Under the pieces are notes generated by a model. That model worked only from the letters and a program-made list of their open reading frames with translations, was not told the DNA's origin and made no database searches. A stretch of 16,217 nucleotides of DNA, taken from Acidobacteriota bacterium (GTDB lineage Bacteria; Acidobacteriota; UBA4820; DSQY01). The position numbers were made by a program, and so were the translations under genes. The DNA is taken from the NCBI GenBank assembly GCA_049967655.1, contig JBMFSH010000050.1, positions 1 through 16,217 of the forward strand, read 5' to 3'. Shown here piece after piece: positions 8,629 through 15,956 of the stretch (the first letter of the stretch is position 1; every line of letters begins with the position of its first letter).

Positions 8629-8766
8629 AGCCCGAGGGGGCCCCACCTCTCCCTTGATGGCCTCTTCGCCTTCGGCTCGATGGCCCCCCAATCCCTCTTT
8701 GGGTATGACTCCCTTTCCCACTGTGCGTGACCGGTCGCGCCTTCCATGGCTATTCCCCTTCTCTAT

Positions 8767-8779
8767 CGCGGGATTGGGG
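8767..8779 (+). promoter_or_regulatory. Candidate transcription-factor site CGCGGGATTGGGG (copy 2, upstream of cstA promoter)
   Basis: Identical to 74-86 and ends 13 bp before the predicted -35 TTGTGC. Confidence 0.5.
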
Positions 8780-8792
8780 ATCCCCGTCGCCC

Positions 8793-8821
8793 TTGTGCGC
8801 ATGAAGAGCCGGCATTACATT
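8793..8821 (+). promoter_or_regulatory. Putative sigma70-type promoter for cstA
   Basis: TTGTGC (8793-8798), 17-nt spacer, TACATT (8816-8821), then SD AAGGGGGGAG and ATG 8851. Confidence 0.5.
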
Positions 8822-8850
8822 GACGCCTTGCTTCTGGTAAGGGGGGAGTC

Positions 8851-10695
8851 ATGAATTCATTTCCGATCATGGTCGGGGCCCTCTGCGTCCTGGCCCTGGG
8901 CTATCGCTACTACAGCGCTTTCCTTGCGGCCAAGGTACTCACCCTGGATCCGAACCGCGAGATGCCATCGCACCAATTCCGGGATGGGCACAACTACGTG
9001 CCCATGAACAAGTGGGTGCTTTTCGGTCACCAATTCGCCGCTATCGCGGGGGCCGGGCCTCTGGTGGGTCCGGTCCTGGCTGCCCAGTTTGGCTGGGCTC
9101 CGAGCCTGCTCTGGCTGCTCCTGGGCGCCGTTCTCGCGGGCTGCGTCCACGATTTCATCGCCCTGGTGGCCTCGGTGCGTCACAACGGCCGCTCGCTGCC
9201 CGAGATCGCGAGGGCCGAGATCGGCCCGGTAGCCGCGGTGACGGCGGGCGTGGCGGTCCTCTTCATCGTGGTAGTGGCCTTGGCAGGTCTGGGCCTCGTG
9301 GTCGTGAACGCCCTGGCCGCCTCTCCTTGGGGCACCTTCACCATCGTCATGACTATTCCGATTGCCGTGGTCATGGGCCTTTACATGTTCAAGATAAGAC
9401 CGGGCAGCATCGTGGGGACCTCGGTAGCGGGCGTGGTCGCCCTGATCGTCTGCGTGGTGATGGGAAAGTACGTGGCGGCTTCCTCTTGGGCCTCCGCCTT
9501 CACCTTCGGCCATCACCAGCTCACCCTCCTGCTGGCTCTCTACGGCTTCACGGCTTCGGTTTTGCCCGTCTGGCTTCTGCTCGCTCCTCGAGATTACCTT
9601 TCCTCTTACATGAAGGTGGGAACCATCTTCGCCCTCGTCGCGGGGGTCCTTATCGTCCATCCCGACCTCCACATGCCGGCCATTTCGCAGTTCGTTCACG
9701 GTGGTGGCCCCATCATACCCGGCAAGCTCTTCCCCTTCCTCTTTGTCACCATCGCCTGCGGCGCCATTTCGGGGTTCCATTCGCTCGTCTCCACGGGCAC
9801 GACCCCTAAAATGCTGGACAAGGAGACGGACGCGCGGTTCATCGGCTACGGAGCCATGCTCATGGAGAGCCTCGTGGGTGTCGTGGCTCTTATCGCCGCC
9901 TGTTCGCTGCATGCGGGCGACTACTACGCCATCAATCTCCCGCACCACCTCTACCAAACTCTGGGCATGCACCCGGTGGACCTTACGAAGTTGAATACGG
10001 AGGTCGGAGAAAATGTGGCGGGCAGGACCGGAGGCGCCGTGACTCTGGCGGTAGGCATGGCCCAGATCTTCGGCTCCATCCCGGGACTCAGGGCTCTGAT
10101 GGCCATCTGGTACCACTTTGCCATCATGTTCGAAGCCCTCTTCATCCTGACCACCATCGACGCAGGTACCCGTGTGGCGCGATTTCTCCTCCAGGAGTTT
10201 CTAGGCAACTTCTACGAACCCATCGGCAATCCCTCCTGGCTGCCCGGCAACATCGCGACCACCACGGTGATCTGTGCTGCGTGGGGCTACTTCATTTACA
10301 CCGGCTCCATCCAGACCCTGTGGCCCATGTTCGGGACCTCCAACCAGTTGCTCGCCACGGTGGCCCTCGCCATTGGGACTACCTTCCTTGTGAACATGGG
10401 AAAGGCCCGTTATGCATGGACGACGGTGGTCCCCATGCTCTTCGTAGCGGTCACGACGCTGACGGCCGGAGCGGAGGGGATCCTGGATATTTACCTCCCC
10501 CTGGCTCGGCAGCCCGGCAAGGAATTTCAGGGGTTTCTGCAGGCCTCGCTCACGGCCCTCATGATGCTGATGGTGGTGGTGGTGCTCGGCGACGCCCTGC
10601 GCCGCTGCGTTGCCACCCTGCGAGGCCGTCCGCTCCCGCCCAAAGCGTTTGGCCCCGCGCCCCTCGCGGAGGGGGTGCCTCAGCGGTGTTGCTGA
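8851..10695 (+). CDS. cstA: Carbon starvation protein A (CstA/BtsT) family transporter, peptide or pyruvate/monocarboxylate uptake
   Basis: Polytopic hydrophobic protein with DGHNYVP, FGHQFAAIAGAGPLVGP, LLAPRDYLS, FPFLFVTIACGAISGFH, SxGTTPKM, GRTGGAVTLAVGMA, WYHFAIMFEALFILTTIDAGTRVARF and LWPMFGTSNQLLA. Confidence 0.93.
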   Translation: MNSFPIMVGALCVLALGYRYYSAFLAAKVLTLDPNREMPSHQFRDGHNYVPMNKWVLFGHQFAAIAGAGPLVGPVLAAQFGWAPSLLWLLLGAVLAGCVHDFIALVASVRHNGRSLPEIARAEIGPVAAVTAGVAVLFIVVVALAGLGLVVVNALAASPWGTFTIVMTIPIAVVMGLYMFKIRPGSIVGTSVAGVVALIVCVVMGKYVAASSWASAFTFGHHQLTLLLALYGFTASVLPVWLLLAPRDYLSSYMKVGTIFALVAGVLIVHPDLHMPAISQFVHGGGPIIPGKLFPFLFVTIACGAISGFHSLVSTGTTPKMLDKETDARFIGYGAMLMESLVGVVALIAACSLHAGDYYAINLPHHLYQTLGMHPVDLTKLNTEVGENVAGRTGGAVTLAVGMAQIFGSIPGLRALMAIWYHFAIMFEALFILTTIDAGTRVARFLLQEFLGNFYEPIGNPSWLPGNIATTTVICAAWGYFIYTGSIQTLWPMFGTSNQLLATVALAIGTTFLVNMGKARYAWTTVVPMLFVAVTTLTAGAEGILDIYLPLARQPGKEFQGFLQASLTALMMLMVVVVLGDALRRCVATLRGRPLPPKAFGPAPLAEGVPQRCC

Positions 10696-10738
10696 GAGTT
10701 CATCCGCAGTCGGGGAGTGGCTTGAGGCTCCCGCCTCC

Positions 10739-11761
10739 CTAGCTTTCGATCGCGAGCGACAGGGCGTCCAGGGCGCGCTTTTCAAGTTCCAGAAGGGCCC
10801 TGGCCTGGACGGCGCAGGCGGCAAACCGGCTCGGATCGTTCGCCACGAACACCTCCTTGAAGGCCCCGGCCAGGGCCCGCCACCCGTCGCCCGCGCTCTC
10901 GTAGAGGGCCGGAGCGCGGCTCTGAGCCAGCGAAGGCAGAATCGCCGCCGCCTCTCGAAGGAAAGAGCCATACAGATAGCGGAAGGCGCCACCGCCGGTG
11001 CCCCGTTTCTCGATGCTCTGGTAGGCGAAGCGGGCACACCAGCCGAAATCCGGCGCCGCCATCCAGCGGGGCAGGCCCTCGGCCAGGCGTGCCAGGGCCG
11101 GAAGCCCCTGGTGCGCGTACACTTCACCCGCCATGAGCCGCCGGGTCTGGGCGATGGCGGCGCGGAAGGCCTCCGGATCGCTCAGGCGCTGCTGTGTGAG
11201 GCGCGGCGCCTCGGCCCAGCGATAGGGCGCGGGGAGGAGCGGAGGGGCCACCCCCTCCATGGCGAGGCGCAGGTTCTCCAGGGCTGTGCGCTGGACCTCG
11301 GGAAAGCCCTGGTCGGATATATCCACCGTGCCCGTGCGCAGATCCAGCCCGGTTACCACCACGCCGTGGCCCGGGAAGTGCACCGGGGGCTGGTAGTAAG
11401 GGAGATGGAAGAGATCCGTTTGAGCCAGCACGGGCCGACCGCGGCGGAGGCAGGATTCCATGGCCGCGGGGTCCCAGCGGCCGGCCCACTCCAGCGGCCG
11501 TCCCGCGTGGGCGAAGAAGGAGCCCTCCAGGTCGGGCGCGCGGCCGTTGAGAACCCGGCTCGGCGTGAGCCGATCATCCTCCAGGTAGAAAAAGCCCAGG
11601 CCGCCGCCCAGCCCGAAGGCTAGGGCCTCGCTCACCTCCACACCATCGTAAGCCAAGATGTTCCAGAGGCTGGTGGAGGAGCAGTGATATCCGACGCGGT
11701 GCTTATAACCCGCGAGCAGAACCGGTCCCCTCGCGGCCCACTGTGCGTGCCTCGCATCCAT
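10739..11761 (-). CDS. BtrH N-terminal / DUF4872-like papain-fold protein (putative acyltransferase or hydrolase)
   Basis: HCSSTSLWNIL (Cys), SEALAFGLGGGLGFFY, DLFHLPYY...HFPGHGVVVTG (His), ISD (Asp), C-terminal IEKRGTGGGAFRYLY. Confidence 0.75.
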   Translation of the reverse strand: MDARHAQWAARGPVLLAGYKHRVGYHCSSTSLWNILAYDGVEVSEALAFGLGGGLGFFYLEDDRLTPSRVLNGRAPDLEGSFFAHAGRPLEWAGRWDPAAMESCLRRGRPVLAQTDLFHLPYYQPPVHFPGHGVVVTGLDLRTGTVDISDQGFPEVQRTALENLRLAMEGVAPPLLPAPYRWAEAPRLTQQRLSDPEAFRAAIAQTRRLMAGEVYAHQGLPALARLAEGLPRWMAAPDFGWCARFAYQSIEKRGTGGGAFRYLYGSFLREAAAILPSLAQSRAPALYESAGDGWRALAGAFKEVFVANDPSRFAACAVQARALLELEKRALDALSLAIES

Positions 11762-11829
11762 CGATCAACCTTGGTACGGCGGCCTGCCCGATAACCACCC
11801 TCCTTGCACCACAGAAATTGCTTGAGCTA

Positions 11830-13449
11830 TCAGGACGGAAACGCAAAATCCATGAGCTTTTCTCTCAAGGCGCGCTTGAGGAATTTGCCGGCTGCGGTTC
11901 GCGGAATTTCGTCCACAAAGAGAATGGCATCCGGCAACCACCAACTGGCAAATTGGGGCGCCAAAAAGGCCTTGAGATCTTGGTCGCTCACGCGCCCCTT
12001 GGCTTCGGCTTTGAGCACAACCACCGCTACAGGCCTCTCCTGCCATTTTGGATGGGGGACAGCCACCACGGCGGCCTCCGCCACACCCGGATGGCCCATG
12101 AGCGCATTCTCCAAGTCCACCGAACTGATCCATTCGCCGCCGGACTTGATGAGATCCTTCGTGCGATCCACGATTTTGAAATAACCGCGTTCGTCCAGAT
12201 TCACGACGTCCCCCGTCCGAAACCAGCCATCGGATGTGAACTGGTTACTTCCTTCGGGGTAGCGGTAATAGCTACCGGTGATGTACGGGCCTCGCACCTG
12301 CAGTTCGCCCAGCGAACGGCCGTCGGGGGGAACCTCGGTCCCCTCCTCCGTGATGGCCCTGGCCTCCACGAGGGCAACCGGAAGGCCCGTCTTCTCGCGA
12401 ATAACGAATTTTTCGTCGTCGCTCAAGCTTTCCATATCGGGCTTGAGCACGCTGGCCAGACCGAGGGGGGTCGTCTCGGTCATGCCCCACGCCACGCGCA
12501 CCTCCACGCCGAAACGACTAAAACCACGGATGAGGGCCTGAGGTGCGGCCGCCCCCCCCACGACCATGAGCATTCCTTTGTGCAAGCTCCACCGGTGCGG
12601 TTCGCGCTCCAAAGCCTGCAGCATACCCAGCCAGATGGTGGGGACGCCAGCCGTGAGGGAGACCCTCTCAGCCTGGAAAAGATCCAGCAAGCTCGATGGA
12701 TCCAAATGGGGGCCCGGCAAAACCAGCTTGGACCCCATCAGCATGGCCGCGTAGGGAAGTCCCCAGGCGTTCACGTGAAACATGGGGACGACGGGACAGA
12801 GGATGGCCCAATGGTTGAGACCAAAAGTGGCAGCGATCACCAGTGAGTGGAGCACGAGGGCTCGGTGGCTGTAAGTCACCCCCTTGGGCCGGCCCGTGGT
12901 GGCAGAGCTGTAACACATGCCGGCCGCTTCGTTCTCGTCGAGGTTCGGATAGACGAAAGGAGCTCGAGCCGATGCGAGGAACTGCTCGTACGACTCATGC
13001 GGCGGGGAGACGCTCTGCCCCATCAGGGAGACCACGATCACGCGCTCCAGCTTCACATGGTCTTTGAGTTTGAGGACGAGGGGCAGAAGGACGTCATCGA
13101 CGATGAGAAAGCGATCTTCCGCGTGGTTCATGACGTAGATGAGATCTTCAGGGTGCAAACGCGGATTGAGGGTGTGCACCACCCCCCCCATGATGGGAAC
13201 GCCGAAATAGGCTTCGAGGTGGGCGTAGTGGTTCCACATCAGCGTGGCAACCCTCTCGCCCGGTTTCAACCCGGCTTGCACCAACGCCTGAGCCAAAGCC
13301 TTGGCGCGGCGGCTCACCTCGCCATAGGTGGTTCGGTGAAGGGACTTATCAGGCATCCTCGAAACCACCTCCACCTCTGGATACACCTTCTGGGCTCGCT
13401 CCAGAATGTGAGGCAAGGTGAGTGGGAAATCCATCATCGTGCTCTTCAT
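11830..13449 (-). CDS. Long/medium-chain fatty-acid--CoA ligase (Thermus LC-FACS / AlkK-like)
   Basis: SD AGGAGG. STMMDFPLTL..ILERA, HLEAYF, HTLNPRL, A3 YSSATTGRPKGVTYSHR, PMFHVNAWGLPY, WGMTET, WFRTGD, DRTKDLIKSGGEWISSVDLEN, HPKWQERP, A10 PRTAAGKF. Confidence 0.9.
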   Translation of the reverse strand: MKSTMMDFPLTLPHILERAQKVYPEVEVVSRMPDKSLHRTTYGEVSRRAKALAQALVQAGLKPGERVATLMWNHYAHLEAYFGVPIMGGVVHTLNPRLHPEDLIYVMNHAEDRFLIVDDVLLPLVLKLKDHVKLERVIVVSLMGQSVSPPHESYEQFLASARAPFVYPNLDENEAAGMCYSSATTGRPKGVTYSHRALVLHSLVIAATFGLNHWAILCPVVPMFHVNAWGLPYAAMLMGSKLVLPGPHLDPSSLLDLFQAERVSLTAGVPTIWLGMLQALEREPHRWSLHKGMLMVVGGAAAPQALIRGFSRFGVEVRVAWGMTETTPLGLASVLKPDMESLSDDEKFVIREKTGLPVALVEARAITEEGTEVPPDGRSLGELQVRGPYITGSYYRYPEGSNQFTSDGWFRTGDVVNLDERGYFKIVDRTKDLIKSGGEWISSVDLENALMGHPGVAEAAVVAVPHPKWQERPVAVVVLKAEAKGRVSDQDLKAFLAPQFASWWLPDAILFVDEIPRTAAGKFLKRALREKLMDFAFPS

Positions 13450-13500
13450 CGTCTCTATCCCCTCCTAGCTGAGTTACCTTCCCTTGGTGCAAGTTGCTTC

Positions 13501-15186
13501 TTAACCCTTCAATTCAGGGAAATCCTCTTCCCAGAACTCGCCCTCGGCTCGCCCGCCTCCGGCCGCCCGGCGGCGCAGATCCACACGGCGGATCTTTCCG
13601 GAGATGGTCTTCGGCAATTCGGAGAACTCAATCCGGCGGATCCGCTTGTAGGGGGAGAGCCTCTCACGCACGAAGCGGAAGAGGGAGAGTGCCGTCTCCC
13701 GGTCGGGTTTGTGGCCCGCCCGCAAGACGATGTAGGCCTTGGGGACGGCCAGCCGCATGGGATCCGGGCTTGGCACCACCGCCGCCTCGGCCACCGCCTC
13801 GTGCTCGATGAGGAAAGATTCGAGCTCGAAGGGGCTGATGCGGTAGTCCGAGCTCTTGAAGACGTCGTCGGCCCTGCCCACGTACCACAGGTAGCCGTCG
13901 GCATCCCGCGTCGCCACGTCCCCCGTGCGATAGTAGCCGCCGGCGATGGCCTCGGCCATGCGTTCGGGATCGTCCAGATAGCCCTCCATGAGGCCCAGGG
14001 GCCGCTCCGGCGAGAGCGCGAGCGCGATCTCGCCCTCCTCCGCCTCCTTCCCGTCCGCGTCCAGAAGCACCACACGATAGCCCGGCAGGGGCCGTCCCAT
14101 GGAGCCGGCCTTGACCTTCTGCCCTGGAGAGTTGCCCACCTGCGCCGTGGTCTCCGTCTGTCCATATCCGTCGCGGATGGTGAGGCCCCAGGCCTTCTCC
14201 ACGCGGCTGATGACCTCCGGGTTGAGCGGCTCGCCCGCTCCCACGAGCTCGCGGAGCTTCACCGGAAAGGCCTTCAGGTCCTCCTGGATGAAGAGCCTCC
14301 AGACGGTCGGCGGCGCGCAGAGGGTGGTGACGCCGTGGTCCACCATGGCTTGAAGGGTGGCCCTGGCGTTGAAACGCGCGGTGCGGTGGACGAAGATTGT
14401 GGCTCCCGCGTTCCAGGGGGCGAAGAAGCTGCTCCAGGCGTGCTTCGCCCAGCCGGGCGAGCTGATGTTGAAATGGAGGTCCCCCTCCTTCAGGCCGATC
14501 CAATACATGGTGGAGAGGTGTCCCACCGGGTAGGTGTAATGGGTGTGGAGCACGAGCTTCGGCTTGGCCGTGGTGCCCGAGGTGAAGTAGAGAAGGAAGG
14601 GATCCGAAGACGCGGTGGGCCCATCGGGCGCGAATGCGGCGGGTTCGGCGTAGGCCTCGTCGAAGGAGCGCCAGCCCTTCTCCGCCTTGCCCCCCACCGC
14701 CACGCGGCCGAGCCCCTGCCCCAGGGCACCAAACTTGGCGCAGTGCTCGGAGGCCACCATGAGGTGGCGCACGGCTCCGCGCTCCAGGCGGTCCTTGAGG
14801 TCGCCCTCCGCCAGAAGGGTCGTAGCCGGAATCACCACCGACCCGAGCTTCATGGAGGCGAGCATGATCTCCCACAGGGGGAGGACGTTGTCCAGCATGA
14901 CCAAGATGCGGTCGCCCTTCCGCACTCCCATCTTGCGCAGGTAGTTGGCGACGCGGTTCGAGCGTTCGGCCATCTCCGCGAAGGAGGGCGACTGCACGGA
15001 GCCGCCCTCATCCACCAGCATCAAGGCGGGACGGGAATTGCCCCGCGCCATCTTGTCGAAATAGTCCAGGGCCCAGTTGAAGTGCTCCAGTTCCGGTGCC
15101 CGGAACTCCTTGTAGGCGGCCTCGTAGTCCTGGTGTCGGGCCAGAAGAAAATCCCTCGCCTCCATGAAGCGGTCTGCGCCCTGCAT
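13501..15186 (-). CDS. Short/medium-chain acyl-CoA synthetase (ACSM/MACS-like, AMP-forming)
   Basis: SD GAGGAGG. FNWALDYFD, YFTSGTTAKPK, SSPGWAKHAWS, CAPPTVWR, AGEPLNPE, DGYGQTET, YRTGD, GRADDVFKSSDYRISPFELES, A10 LPKTISGKIRR. Confidence 0.9.
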   Translation of the reverse strand: MQGADRFMEARDFLLARHQDYEAAYKEFRAPELEHFNWALDYFDKMARGNSRPALMLVDEGGSVQSPSFAEMAERSNRVANYLRKMGVRKGDRILVMLDNVLPLWEIMLASMKLGSVVIPATTLLAEGDLKDRLERGAVRHLMVASEHCAKFGALGQGLGRVAVGGKAEKGWRSFDEAYAEPAAFAPDGPTASSDPFLLYFTSGTTAKPKLVLHTHYTYPVGHLSTMYWIGLKEGDLHFNISSPGWAKHAWSSFFAPWNAGATIFVHRTARFNARATLQAMVDHGVTTLCAPPTVWRLFIQEDLKAFPVKLRELVGAGEPLNPEVISRVEKAWGLTIRDGYGQTETTAQVGNSPGQKVKAGSMGRPLPGYRVVLLDADGKEAEEGEIALALSPERPLGLMEGYLDDPERMAEAIAGGYYRTGDVATRDADGYLWYVGRADDVFKSSDYRISPFELESFLIEHEAVAEAAVVPSPDPMRLAVPKAYIVLRAGHKPDRETALSLFRFVRERLSPYKRIRRIEFSELPKTISGKIRRVDLRRRAAGGGRAEGEFWEEDFPELKG

Positions 15187-15249
15187 GAGCTTGCCTCCTC
15201 TTGTCGATCGCTACGAAAAGGTTAATCCCCCGCTCCGTCCCACTCGCGG

Positions 15250-15280
15250 CAGGGGAGCGGCCATCGAGGCCGCCCCCCTG
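15250..15280 (-). repeat. GC-rich hairpin between satP and the acyl-CoA synthetase
   Basis: Minus-strand CAGGGGGGCGGCC-UCGAU-GGCCGCUCCCCUG forms a 13-bp stem. The single irregular pair is G-U only on the minus (sense) strand. No adjacent U-tract. Confidence 0.6.
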
Positions 15281-15298
15281 AATCAATGCCTTCGGAGC

Positions 15299-15886
15299 CT
15301 ATTTCTTGAATGGACCCAGGGGCAAGACATCCCTGCCAGCCGTGGTGTTGATGACGCCCGCGAAGCTCGTGTACATGGCGAGAAGCGCACATACGATGCC
15401 CAGGTAGCCACCGGCCGTGTGCAGGCTCCCCGAACCCATGATCTCCCCGAATCCCAGCAGGAAGAAGGTGATCCAAAGCGTCAGGAAGATGAGCCAGAGC
15501 GCCCTGTTCAACTTGAACGTCGTGATCCACATGTACAGGCTGAAGACGCCCCACGCCACGAGGCACACCCCGATGCTCGTGTCCGCGCCCTTCAGATCCA
15601 CCACGCCCTTGCTGTTGAAAATGAGCATCACCGCGAACCACCACCAAAACGCTCCGTACGCGACGAAGGCAGTCTGGCCGAAAGTGTTACCGCTCAAAAA
15701 CTCGAGTACCCCCGCGATGACCTGCGCCGTCCCGCCGAACATGAGCGCGAGGGGAATAACGACGCCCATGCCCGCCGCCGGCAGAAGTCCGGCGTTGATG
15801 CTGCTGAGCATGATGGTCGTCAATCCGAAGCAGATCAGACCTAGCGGGGCGGGATTGCCGTAACGCGGTCCACTCGATTCAGCCAT
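15299..15886 (-). CDS. satP: Acetate uptake channel, GPR1/FUN34/YaaH (SatP) family
   Basis: SD AAGGAG. Signature NPAPLGL..FGLTT, FGGTAQ..AG, GNTFG.TAF..YGAFW; about six hydrophobic helices. Confidence 0.92.
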   Translation of the reverse strand: MAESSGPRYGNPAPLGLICFGLTTIMLSSINAGLLPAAGMGVVIPLALMFGGTAQVIAGVLEFLSGNTFGQTAFVAYGAFWWWFAVMLIFNSKGVVDLKGADTSIGVCLVAWGVFSLYMWITTFKLNRALWLIFLTLWITFFLLGFGEIMGSGSLHTAGGYLGIVCALLAMYTSFAGVINTTAGRDVLPLGPFKK

Positions 15887-15904
15887 CGATCTCTCCTTGT
15901 GCCG

Positions 15905-15943
15905 GAAGGGGCAGCGGGCCTCCTGGAGTCCCGCGGCCCCTTC
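15905..15943 (-). repeat. GC-rich hairpin upstream of satP
   Basis: GAAGGGGC/GCCCCTTC (15905-15912/15936-15943) plus GCGGG/CCCGC and CTC/GAG inner stems. Confidence 0.6.
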
Positions 15944-15956
15944 GCGGGTCCCGAGA

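Noticed and set aside
8599..8660. c-di-GMP-I riboswitch suggested by GGGCAAAGCCC
   Set aside because: Lacks the GNRA-capped P2 and GACGCAAAG/P3 architecture.
8360..8854. 164-aa plus-strand ORF filling the acs-cstA gap
   Set aside because: Pro/Gly/Ser-rich with no motif or clear SD, and it overlaps the hairpins and the predicted cstA promoter.
10693..10740. Selenocysteine read-through of the cstA TGA with a downstream hairpin as SECIS
   Set aside because: Both motif positions are already Cys (TGT TGC), so TGA is most simply the stop. The weak hairpin fits a convergent terminator equally well, and no sel genes are in view.
12880..12920. P-loop variant YSSATTG as a sign of an inactive ligase
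   Set aside because: All other adenylation motifs are intact, and I recall SATTG variants in this subfamily; not evidence of a pseudogene.
12847..15225. 792-aa plus-strand ORF
   Set aside because: Antisense shadow of two motif-rich acyl-CoA ligases; no recognisable domain; expected in high-GC DNA.
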